A stretch of 64,000 bases of DNA from Thermoanaerobaculia bacterium (GTDB taxonomy: Bacteria > Acidobacteriota > Thermoanaerobaculia > Gp7-AA8), in assembly GCA_046260175.1 (NCBI GenBank), contig JBHEPS010000001.1, positions 3,502-67,501 on the forward strand. The letters run 5' to 3'. The notes under the pieces were generated by a model, which saw only the letters and a list, made by a program, of their open reading frames with translations, was not told the DNA's origin and ran no database searches. Shown here in pieces: positions 34,089 through 42,737 of the stretch (position 1 is the stretch's first letter; each line of letters opens with the position of its first letter). The translations under genes and the position numbers were made by a program.

Positions 34089-35063
34089 ATGAATCACGAT
34101 GCACCGATCGCCGTCATCGCATTCGGCGGCAACGCGCTCCTGCGCCCCGAGGACCGCGGGACCCAGGAGGAACAGGTCGGCCGGGCGCGCCAGGCGGCGC
34201 GATGGCTCGCCGAGATCGTCCGGCACGGCTACCGGCTGGTGATCGTTCACGGCAACGGTCCCCAGGTGGGAAACATCCTCATTCAGGCCGAAGAGGCCTC
34301 GACGAAGATTCCGCCCCAGTCACTCGACGTCGCGGTCGCGCAGACCGAGGGGTCGATGGGTTTCATGCTCCAGCAGGCGATGAGGAACCGGCTCGAATCG
34401 GTTGGCCTTCCGTCCAGTGTCGCCACGATCCTGAGCGAGGTCGAGGTCGATCCCGCGGACCCGGCCTTCAAGCGGCCGACCAAGCCGATCGGGCCATTTT
34501 TCACCCGCTATCGCGCCGAGGCGCTGGCCCGCGACTTCGGCTGGACCGTCCGGGAGGACTCCGGCCGCGGATGGAGAAAGGTCGTCCCCTCTCCCCGCCC
34601 GATGAGAATTCTCGACGTCGAGTCGATCTCCAAGGTCCTCGAGAGCGCTGCGGTCGTGATCGCCGCCGGCGGAGGGGGAATTCCGGTCGTGCGCGGCCGG
34701 GACGGTCAGTGGCGGGGAGTCGAAGCCGTCATCGACAAGGACTACGCCTCGGCGCTACTCGCCTCGGAGCTCGACGCGGCCCTCTTCATCGTCCTGACCG
34801 GAGTTGACCGCGTGTCGATCGACTTCGGCAAGCCGACGGAGAAAAAGGTCGACGTGCTGACCGTCGACGAAGCGGAGATGCATATGGCTGCCGGTCAGTT
34901 TCCAGCCGGATCGATGGGGCCGAAGATCGAAGCATCGGTCGATTTCGTGCGGAGGTCGGGGCGGGATGTTCTGATCACCGACGTCGAGAATCTCCGAGAA
35001 GCTCTCGACGGATCCGCCGGAACGCGCATCGTCGCTTCGGGCGCTCAGTTGCCGCCGAGGTAG
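34089..35063 (+). CDS. arcC: Carbamate kinase
   Basis: IAVIAFGGNALL, VIVHGNGPQVGN and AAGGGGIPVV motifs of the amino-acid kinase family, carbamate kinase type. Confidence 0.9.
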   Translation: MNHDAPIAVIAFGGNALLRPEDRGTQEEQVGRARQAARWLAEIVRHGYRLVIVHGNGPQVGNILIQAEEASTKIPPQSLDVAVAQTEGSMGFMLQQAMRNRLESVGLPSSVATILSEVEVDPADPAFKRPTKPIGPFFTRYRAEALARDFGWTVREDSGRGWRKVVPSPRPMRILDVESISKVLESAAVVIAAGGGGIPVVRGRDGQWRGVEAVIDKDYASALLASELDAALFIVLTGVDRVSIDFGKPTEKKVDVLTVDEAEMHMAAGQFPAGSMGPKIEASVDFVRRSGRDVLITDVENLREALDGSAGTRIVASGAQLPPR

Positions 35064-38000
35064 ACGGGGTCGCCCGAGATGCGATCGACGACCGAGCCGT
35101 AAGCGAAGAGAGTCGGCGCGCCCGTCGACTTCACGACGACGGTGAACGGGCCGGCATCGTCGAAATCCGCGGCCGGGAAGAGGGACGCCGCCGCCCATTG
35201 GGACTGCGACTTGGGCGGAAGCATCACGAACGCTTCCGCCATGCGCGTACCGTCGGCGCGGATCGCCCCGAGCGTCGCCCCGACGGCCGTCTCGCCCGCG
35301 TTGACGAGTCCGAGGTTCGTGCGGAATCCCGCGTCCGAGCGGAGGCCGGTGATGACCCATCTCGCTCCGAGCGCGGCCAGAGGGAGAGGCTCGATCGACT
35401 GTCCGAACGTTCCGCCGTCCGAATCCCGCACCGTGTACGTGCGGCTCATCAGCACGGGGCCTGTTCCGCGCCAGCGAAGCTCGAGAGTCCCGCTTCCGCT
35501 TCCTTCGCCGAGCCAGTCGATGACGTCCCGGATCGTGTGCGAGCGTCGCGGGGACAGATCGAGAGGCTTCCACGGGGCGGACCGGTTGTCCGAGTCCCCG
35601 CGCAGAAATCTCATCTCGACCCGGAGCTGTGACGCGTGCGGGTTGAAAACGGACAAGTCGCTGCGCCAGAAGGTTCCCCCACCCCCTGCGGTCTTTCCGA
35701 CGACGGGAATGAGGATGCCCTCGCCGGGAACCTGCGGCGTGGCGGGGATGAAGACCGGATCCTGAGAGCGGTTGTCGATCACCGAAGCGTAGCTGGTCAC
35801 GCCGCCCTGCAGGTCCGATGAGACTCGGAGAGTGAGTCCGGAGCGCTGCTGGGTCGAGAGAAAGTCGTAAAGTGAGGCCAGCGACGTCTGGGAGAATGAG
35901 CCCGGTGCGGCGTTTACGTTTCTCTCTCCGAGGTTCGCGCCAGTGGAATCGGTCAGCGCGAATGTGATCCGCGCGGGGTTGCTCGAGCGATTGACCCATC
36001 CGATGTTCGTACGGTAATCGCGACTCCACTCGAGACCGGTGAGCCACTCGTTCCCGGTTCCCGCAAACTCGCCCATCACGCCGACGGCCTGACCGTAGCT
36101 TCCGCCGGCGTCGTCCGAGGTGAAGGTACGGCTCGCAATGTGAACGTCGGGAAACTCCTGATCGGAGACTGCTTCGATCGTGATGGCCCCCCGGCCGGAA
36201 GCCACACCGAAAAGCTCGTCCAGCGCCCTGGCCCAAACGACGGTCCGCCCGGCCGCGACTGCGAGGCTCCGCGTCTGACCCACGACCTCCGGGTCGGGAA
36301 GCCAGGTGAGCGTGAGCTCCGTGGGCACCTCGCCGGCGTTGTGAATCGTCAGCTCGGTGCGCCAGTCCGTCCCTCCAGCGCCCGAGGTCTGAGCGCTCAC
36401 GGGGAGAGTTACGCGGAGCGGCCGCGCCCCTTCGCGGACGATGACCGAGCGAGCGCGCATGCTCGAGGAGGTCCCGCGCCGCGCAATGAGAGTGACGGTG
36501 TAGGTCCCCGGCGCGGCCCAGGCGTGCTCGGGACTCCGTAACGTCGACTTCGTTCCGTCGCCGAAGGTCCAGGCAAAGCTGTCGGGGTTTCCCAGGGACT
36601 GATCGGAAAACTGGACTGCCTGGTCGACGCGGGGAGTGAAGCTCGATGCGTCGAACTCGGCGAGCAGCGCGGGTTCCGCGCCGGAGCTGGCCGCCACGCT
36701 GACGGACCGCACCATCCGCGAGATCTGCAGGCCATTCGAAATGGTCAGTGCGACGTCGTGATTGCCCGGCGCGTTGAAAATCTTCGTCGGATTTCTTTCA
36801 ATCGAAGTGGTCCCGTCGCCGAACTCCCATGCCCAGCTCACCGCCGAGCCGAGAGAACGATCGTGGAACTGCGCGGGAAGGGATGCGACCACGAGGGGCG
36901 GAGACCAGGTGAAATCGGCGACGAGCTGGGGGGCCGGAGCAACCTCGATCGTCGAGGAGCTCGAGCTGGTCTGGCCATCGGGACTCGTCACCGTGAGGCG
37001 TACCGTGAAAGTGCCACCCTGCTGAAACGTGTGCGAGGGATTCGCCGAAGTGGAAGAGCTGCCGTTGCCGAAATCCCACTGTCGTGACGAGATAATTCCC
37101 TTCGACTGGTCGAAGAATGAGAAGAGCGTGATGCTCGCCGTGCCCGTCTTCGGGGAGACCGCGAAGGCAGCCTCGAGCTTCGGTAGGGCAACGGTGAACT
37201 CGATCGAGTTTGACGGTGTGGACTCGCCGGAAGAATTCTTCGCGGTCACGTGGACCCTGTAGGAGCGGCCGGGAGTGAGGCCAACCATGTTGGCTGCGAT
37301 GACATTCGGAGGGACATCGGAGAATTTGCGAATCGACTCGCCGGAAGGCTGAAAGTAAATGGTCTGATGGGTTTCGTCCGAGGCATTGTCGTCCCAGCGG
37401 ATCCGGACGAAGTCGCTCGTGGTTTCGATCAGCGAGAGGTTGGAGGGAGCTGCGGGAGGCAGCTGCGCCGGGGGAGGGGGCTGGCTCCCGTCTCCTGCCG
37501 GATAAAGCCACCTCGCCGCGAGCTGATCGTCGGACCGGAGGAAAACGCCCAGATCCTGCAGCGTGGCGTGCATCAGAGCGAGCGAATCGCTGGAGTGCCC
37601 GAGGCCGAGGGTGTGACCGAATTCATGAGCGAGGATCTCGGCGAGTGAGCTGCTGCTGATGCCACCTGCCGGGCTCACGCCATCCTGGATGACGAGGTTC
37701 CCCTCCACGATGTCGTACGCGCTCCAGCTCTTCTGCACGTGCGTAGCGTCCGCAGAAAATGGCGAAGTCCAGCTTTTCGGACCGATGACGGCGTTGAACC
37801 CCCCCGTCCCGATCACCCCATCCGACCCGTTCCACTTTCCGGGAATCTCACCGAGCGGGTCATTGAAGAGAACCTCGTTGATACCGTCGGCAACCGTGAG
37901 TCCACCCGGTGAGCCGGCCCGTTGACCGGCGTAGGAGTAGAGAATCTTCGCAGAGCTGTAGCTGGTCCAGGCCTTCATTCCCGACTGGAGCTCGGTCGTT

Positions 38001-38722
38001 CCTCCGTTCGGATATCCAGGCTGGGTCCCGTAGCTCTGCCAGCTGATGGTCTTGCCATCCTGGAAGGCGAACCAGCGATGAATCGATGGTTCGGATATGA
38101 GAGCGAAATCCGGAGCGACCAGATCCTTCGGCGAGAACGCCTCCGCTGGAGTTGGCTCTGCTGCCGGAATGCCCGAAGCGCGAGCCCGAATGAACTCTTC
38201 CAGCTCGGCGGCCACACGGCCTCCTGGTTTCCGAGCATGCGATTCGACGGCGGTCCCGTTCTCGATCACACGTACCCCGGTGACATCCAGCTGACGTTCC
38301 CAGAGCCGTCGACCGTCCTCGGTGATTCCTTCCGTGAACCTTCCCGCGGTCATGTCCGTGGTCCGGTATCTCCCCGACTCATCGCGGACGAGAAAAACGA
38401 GAACCCGCTCGCCGGGAGCGTACTGCGGGGCTCCGAACACGACCGTCAGCCGGGAATCGGTTCTTCCTCCCGGTTCGCTGACCGTGATCGCGCTGCGATG
38501 CGTTCCCTTGAGCGTCTGCTCGACAGCGATCTCGGAAAGGGTCCAGACACCGCGAGCCGATTCAATCGCCTCCGCTCTGGTCACTGTGCCGATCACGACG
38601 AGATCCGAGCGGTCGACCATTCTCCCGTCAGACGCGAGAACCAGAGTCGTAGCAGTCACAGGCGCGCCGATCATGACGATCAGCACGGCTGCGAAGAGGA
38701 TGATCGAGCGGATGGAAGTCAT
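35045..38722 (-). CDS. Large secreted metzincin zinc metalloprotease with one fibronectin-III domain, three PKD domains, and a C-terminal triplicated beta domain of unknown function (1225 aa)
   Basis: Signal peptide. HEFGHTLGLGHS...LMHAT (HExxHxxGxxH plus a Met-turn). FN3 (PSNLSLIETTSDFVRIRWDDN). Three PKD repeats (WDFGNGSSS..., WEFGDGTTS..., WTFGDGTKS...). Then three repeats around GG(S/T)(Y/F)GQ...TN(I/L)G(W/L)VN. Confidence 0.8.
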   Translation of the reverse strand: MTSIRSIILFAAVLIVMIGAPVTATTLVLASDGRMVDRSDLVVIGTVTRAEAIESARGVWTLSEIAVEQTLKGTHRSAITVSEPGGRTDSRLTVVFGAPQYAPGERVLVFLVRDESGRYRTTDMTAGRFTEGITEDGRRLWERQLDVTGVRVIENGTAVESHARKPGGRVAAELEEFIRARASGIPAAEPTPAEAFSPKDLVAPDFALISEPSIHRWFAFQDGKTISWQSYGTQPGYPNGGTTELQSGMKAWTSYSSAKILYSYAGQRAGSPGGLTVADGINEVLFNDPLGEIPGKWNGSDGVIGTGGFNAVIGPKSWTSPFSADATHVQKSWSAYDIVEGNLVIQDGVSPAGGISSSSLAEILAHEFGHTLGLGHSSDSLALMHATLQDLGVFLRSDDQLAARWLYPAGDGSQPPPPAQLPPAAPSNLSLIETTSDFVRIRWDDNASDETHQTIYFQPSGESIRKFSDVPPNVIAANMVGLTPGRSYRVHVTAKNSSGESTPSNSIEFTVALPKLEAAFAVSPKTGTASITLFSFFDQSKGIISSRQWDFGNGSSSTSANPSHTFQQGGTFTVRLTVTSPDGQTSSSSSTIEVAPAPQLVADFTWSPPLVVASLPAQFHDRSLGSAVSWAWEFGDGTTSIERNPTKIFNAPGNHDVALTISNGLQISRMVRSVSVAASSGAEPALLAEFDASSFTPRVDQAVQFSDQSLGNPDSFAWTFGDGTKSTLRSPEHAWAAPGTYTVTLIARRGTSSSMRARSVIVREGARPLRVTLPVSAQTSGAGGTDWRTELTIHNAGEVPTELTLTWLPDPEVVGQTRSLAVAAGRTVVWARALDELFGVASGRGAITIEAVSDQEFPDVHIASRTFTSDDAGGSYGQAVGVMGEFAGTGNEWLTGLEWSRDYRTNIGWVNRSSNPARITFALTDSTGANLGERNVNAAPGSFSQTSLASLYDFLSTQQRSGLTLRVSSDLQGGVTSYASVIDNRSQDPVFIPATPQVPGEGILIPVVGKTAGGGGTFWRSDLSVFNPHASQLRVEMRFLRGDSDNRSAPWKPLDLSPRRSHTIRDVIDWLGEGSGSGTLELRWRGTGPVLMSRTYTVRDSDGGTFGQSIEPLPLAALGARWVITGLRSDAGFRTNLGLVNAGETAVGATLGAIRADGTRMAEAFVMLPPKSQSQWAAASLFPAADFDDAGPFTVVVKSTGAPTLFAYGSVVDRISGDPVYLGGN

Positions 38723-38812
38723 CTGGGGCTGATCTGATAACGGGCCGGCGCGGGGTCACCTTCCCGCCGGTCTCAGATTAGGGGGTTGAGGCGGCGAGTA
38801 CGGTAAGAACGG

Positions 38813-39130
38813 TCACGCCGCCGTGCAGGCCGGACAGCTGCACTGGCGCCGCAGGTCGGACAGCGTCCAGATTCCGAAACCGTGCCCGTCCGCCCAGCGA
38901 ATCTGGAGCCCGTAGTTGCCGATCCTGTCGAGTCCGCGCACCTCGAACGATCGCGCGTCGTAGTGCGGGGAAGGGCCGCGGGAGACGTTGCCGAACAGGT
39001 CCGGCTCTCCGGCGCAGGCGGCGCAGGGACAGCTCCGGCGCAGGGCCTCGAGCGGATAGTACGATTCGTGGCCGTCGCCCCAGACGACAGCGAGCTCAGT
39101 TCCTACCACCTCGAGAAAGCTCATCTGCAT
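38813..39130 (-). CDS. DUF971 domain protein
   Basis: SYYPLEALRRSCPCAACAGE...RWADGHGFGIW matches the DUF971 pattern. Start chosen at MQMSFLEV. Confidence 0.55.
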   Translation of the reverse strand: MQMSFLEVVGTELAVVWGDGHESYYPLEALRRSCPCAACAGEPDLFGNVSRGPSPHYDARSFEVRGLDRIGNYGLQIRWADGHGFGIWTLSDLRRQCSCPACTAA

Positions 39131-39216
39131 TGAGTCAGGTCCTCCAACCCCCGGTTGTGAACTCGCGGGGAGGCTGCAAAATTCACTACCATTGCCGCGC
39201 ACGGGTTAGGAGAGAG

Positions 39217-40020
39217 ATGCCGGTTTACCGACTGACGATCGAATATGAGGGCACCCGGTACTCCGGATGGCAGACGCAGGCCAACACCCCGAAAACGATC
39301 CAGGGGCATCTCGAGCGGGCGGCCGCCGAAGTCCTCGGCGAAATTTCCCTCGGTGGCGCTGGCCGTACCGACGCCGGTGTCCACGCGATCGACCAGGTGG
39401 CTCATCTCCGCTGCAGGCGGGCTTTCCAGCCGGGGCGGTTGCAGCACGAGCTCAATGACCGGCTTCCTTCCGATATTCACGTGCTCAGGGTCGAGAAAGC
39501 GGAGGACTCGTTCCACGCGCGCCACGACGCGGTCTCACGCATCTATCTCTATCAGATCTCGCGAAGGCGATCGGCCTTCGGCAAGCCGTTCGTATGGTGG
39601 ATCCGCGATTCCCTTCATCTCGGAAGGATGGAGGAGGCGCTTTCTCTGCTGCCCGGACGTCACGACTTCGCGGCGTTCGCGGACAAACGGATCGCTTCGG
39701 AACCGACTTTGGTCGATATCGAGCTCACGGAGATCGGGGAGGACGGGGACCTCATCCTCATCCGGTTGGGCGCGTCGCATTTCCTCTGGCGGATGGTGAG
39801 GAAGCTCGTCGGCGCGGTCGCTGAGATCGGCCGCGGCTCCCTGAGCCTTGACGAATTCGGCGAAAGGTTGAGGAACGGGAAGCCTCGCTTTGAAGCGAGC
39901 GCGCCGGCGGCGGGACTTTTCCTCGAAGCCGTCCTCTACCCCGGTGACGAGTTCCGCCGTCCGCTGCAGTCGATCGTACCGGTGTGGAGTGCACGCCGAA
40001 AGCGAGGATCGAATGGGTGA
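39217..40020 (+). CDS. truA: tRNA pseudouridine(38-40) synthase
   Basis: GGTTAGGAGAGAG RBS. YRLTIEYEGTRYSGWQ...GAGRTDAGVHAIDQVAH (catalytic Asp). Confidence 0.85.
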   Translation: MPVYRLTIEYEGTRYSGWQTQANTPKTIQGHLERAAAEVLGEISLGGAGRTDAGVHAIDQVAHLRCRRAFQPGRLQHELNDRLPSDIHVLRVEKAEDSFHARHDAVSRIYLYQISRRRSAFGKPFVWWIRDSLHLGRMEEALSLLPGRHDFAAFADKRIASEPTLVDIELTEIGEDGDLILIRLGASHFLWRMVRKLVGAVAEIGRGSLSLDEFGERLRNGKPRFEASAPAAGLFLEAVLYPGDEFRRPLQSIVPVWSARRKRGSNG

Positions 40021-41041
40021 ACGGGAAGAAGCGCTGGTCGCCCGGATCGTCGAAGCGTTCGGGGCGAGTCGCGATGCTCTCGTCGGAATCGGAGACGATG
40101 CGGCGGTCCTCGAACTGGGGCGAACCGTGGTCACGACCGATCTGCTGATCGAGAACGTCGATTTCACCAGGGCGATCCCTCTGCGTTTCACGGGAGCGAA
40201 GAGCCTTGCGGCAAACGTCTCGGACCTGGCTGCGATGGGCGCGGTTCCCGCGAGTTTCCTGATGGCGTTGGGAATCCCGGGCGATCAGCTCGACGGGATC
40301 GACCGCCTGATCGAAGGGATGGCGGATGCTGCCCGGGCGTGGAGGATCGAGCTGGTCGGCGGCGATCTTTCCGCAGCGTCGGAGCTGACCATCGCCATCA
40401 CGGCGATCGGGTTGCTCGAGAACGGCGTCGCTCCTCTCCGGCGAAATGGCGCGCGCAGGGGAGAGGCCATCTTCGTCAGCCGGCCGCTTGGGGCGGCCGC
40501 CGCCGGTCTGCATCTGCTGGGGAGAGGGTGGCGAATCGACTCGTCGGGCATGGTCACACCTCCCGGAGATCTTCCAGGCGATGTCGGTTACTCGCAGCGC
40601 GAGTTTGCTGCGGCCGTGATTCGGAGACAGGTCTCGCCGGAACCGGAGCACCTTCTCGGTCCGGCCCTGGCGCGCGCGCGGCTGGCGTCGGCGTGCATCG
40701 ACATCTCGGATGGCCTGTCGACCGATCTGCATCGACTCTGCGACGCATCAGGCGTGGGGGCAGAGATCGAATGGGCGCGGATCCCGAGGTTTCCCGACCT
40801 CGAGCGGATCGGTTTTTCCCTCGGGATCGATGAGAGCAGCGCGGTCCTGCATGGAGGGGAGGAGTTGGCCCTGCTGTTCACATCGGCCGGGACCGAGTCC
40901 GAGCTGTCGAAGAAGCTCGGTCGCCCTGTCTACCGGATTGGCCGAACGACGGCCGCTCCGGGGGTGAAGCTCGCAAGGAACGAGAAGACCTCGGATCTTC
41001 CGCGAGGCGGATTCGATCACTTCGCCCGGCGAGAGGTCTGA
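40013..41041 (+). CDS. thiL: Thiamine-monophosphate kinase
   Basis: GIGDDAAVL...TDLLIENVDF...VSDLAAMGA is the AIR-synthase-related fold with ThiL N-terminal motifs. It overlaps truA by 8 nt. Confidence 0.85.
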   Translation: MGEREEALVARIVEAFGASRDALVGIGDDAAVLELGRTVVTTDLLIENVDFTRAIPLRFTGAKSLAANVSDLAAMGAVPASFLMALGIPGDQLDGIDRLIEGMADAARAWRIELVGGDLSAASELTIAITAIGLLENGVAPLRRNGARRGEAIFVSRPLGAAAAGLHLLGRGWRIDSSGMVTPPGDLPGDVGYSQREFAAAVIRRQVSPEPEHLLGPALARARLASACIDISDGLSTDLHRLCDASGVGAEIEWARIPRFPDLERIGFSLGIDESSAVLHGGEELALLFTSAGTESELSKKLGRPVYRIGRTTAAPGVKLARNEKTSDLPRGGFDHFARREV

Positions 41042-41042
41042 G

Positions 41043-41516
41043 TCAGCGTTTTCTCGTCGAGAGCACGCTTGCTCCCGCGGCGCAGAAGAACGCGGCGACT
41101 CCGAGAGCGGTTCGCACTCCGTGGGTACGAGCCCATACCTTCGCCGGGCTGGCTGTGATCTCAGTCGCGTAGTCGAGAGGGCGGGCTTCGCTGATCTTCC
41201 TGTTCAGCGGAACCGTGCCGAGCAGGGTGGTGCCAAGAACCCCCGCGAGACTCGCGGCAGCGCTCGCGTCGAGCAGCCTCCTGAGCACACCGCCGCTGCG
41301 GGACGCGACGAGTAGAGCAACCGAAGTCGCCAGAGCCGTGGGGCCGATGGCGTTGAACGCCTTCAGCGTTCGCGCGGCTTCGCTCTTCCGTTCGTTCGGA
41401 AGTTCCTCTTCCCATCCCGGCACGAGCGCCGACCCGCCGAAGCTGAGCGAGCCAGCCAGCAGGCCGGCTGAAGTGAGATGGATGAATCGGAGAGCCGATT
41501 CGAGCGAGCCGTTCAT
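41043..41516 (-). CDS. DUF1772 family membrane protein
   Basis: A 4-TM protein with the DUF1772-like pattern, assigned from memory. Confidence 0.45.
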   Translation of the reverse strand: MNGSLESALRFIHLTSAGLLAGSLSFGGSALVPGWEEELPNERKSEAARTLKAFNAIGPTALATSVALLVASRSGGVLRRLLDASAAASLAGVLGTTLLGTVPLNRKISEARPLDYATEITASPAKVWARTHGVRTALGVAAFFCAAGASVLSTRKR

Positions 41517-41538
41517 GAAACCTCCGGGTGAGCCTCGA

Positions 41539-41883
41539 CTAGCGAAGACTGAGCCACGTGCTCAGCGTCAAGAGAAAGAGTACACCGAGGCTCATCAGGA
41601 CAAAAGCGCGATCACGTTCCCGCCCGAACTGGAAGACGAGGGCGATGACCCGAAGGATTGGAGTGAGCAGGAGAATGACCAGTCCCGTATGGACGAGAGA
41701 GGCCGTGCGGAGATGGCGCAGGCCGCCGAGATCCGCGATCAGCCCTGCCGGGCTGATCCATGTCACCGGATCGGGAGCCAGGATCGCGTCGATGAGCCCC
41801 GCGATCAGGAACGCGGCGCTCGTGAGCACTCCGATCCGAAGCACCCAGGAGACAGGAGGGATCCGGCTCATGACAACCACCAC
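41539..41883 (-). CDS. DUF1634 membrane protein, the usual partner of TauE/SafE exporters
   Basis: Small 3-TM protein directly downstream of, and overlapping, the TauE gene, which is the typical arrangement. Confidence 0.5.
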   Translation of the reverse strand: MVVVMSRIPPVSWVLRIGVLTSAAFLIAGLIDAILAPDPVTWISPAGLIADLGGLRHLRTASLVHTGLVILLLTPILRVIALVFQFGRERDRAFVLMSLGVLFLLTLSTWLSLR

Positions 41884-42722
41884 CCTTGCGCCTTCATGAA
41901 CATCTGAACCGCGATGAGAATGAGTACGCCGGCGAACACTTTTCGAGTGTGGTGGGAGCCGATGCGACCGGCCAGGGATGCCCCGGCTCGCGAGCCCGCG
42001 AAGACGCCGAGTACGGTAGCGGCCGCGGCGAGGGGAGCGACCTGCCCGCGCCCGTAGTAGATCATCGCGCTCGCGGCTCCGGTGACGCCGATCATGAAGT
42101 TCGACGTCGCCGCTGCCGCTTTGATCGGCACTCCGCAGAGATGGACGAGCGCCGGGACTTTGATCAGGCCGCCGCCGATTCCGAAAAGGCCGCTGAGGAT
42201 TCCTGCGAACGAGGAAATACCCATCGCAAGGGGCAGGCGGCGAGGTTGGTAATGGAGCGTCTGGCCGAGGCCTGGATCGAAGAACGTGCTCTGAACCTTC
42301 GCCTCGAGCCGGTTGGCGGGAGCGATGGATGGAGGCACGAGGAAGTGATCCTCACTTTTGCCGCTGCGTACCATCACGATGGCAATGCCGATCATCGCGA
42401 TCGAAAACAGGGTCATCAAGGTCGAGCCCGTGAGGAAGCCGGCAACCAGCCCGCCGATGACGGCGCCCAGGACGGTCCAGAACTCGAGGCTGACACCCAG
42501 CCTGACATTGGCCACTCCGGTCGCGATGTTCTTCCAAGCCGCGCCGCTCGAGGTCGCGATGACGCAAAGAAGGGATGTCGCGACGGCGCTGTGCATCGGC
42601 ACACCCGCGGCCAGAACGAGGATGGGGACGACGAGGATCCCGCCGCCGAGGCCGAGGATGGAGCCGAACAGCCCCGCCGCCACCCCGGATACGAGGAGCA
42701 GTAGGATCAGGCCGATGTCCAT
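41868..42722 (-). CDS. Sulfite exporter TauE/SafE family (DUF81) membrane protein
   Basis: Internal duplication of 4-TM units with GxGGG motifs (GSILGLGGGILVVPIL; SGLFGIGGGLIKVPAL). Confidence 0.8.
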   Translation of the reverse strand: MDIGLILLLLVSGVAAGLFGSILGLGGGILVVPILVLAAGVPMHSAVATSLLCVIATSSGAAWKNIATGVANVRLGVSLEFWTVLGAVIGGLVAGFLTGSTLMTLFSIAMIGIAIVMVRSGKSEDHFLVPPSIAPANRLEAKVQSTFFDPGLGQTLHYQPRRLPLAMGISSFAGILSGLFGIGGGLIKVPALVHLCGVPIKAAAATSNFMIGVTGAASAMIYYGRGQVAPLAAAATVLGVFAGSRAGASLAGRIGSHHTRKVFAGVLILIAVQMFMKAQGWWLS

Positions 42723-42737
42723 GGCGATCAGGTGAAG

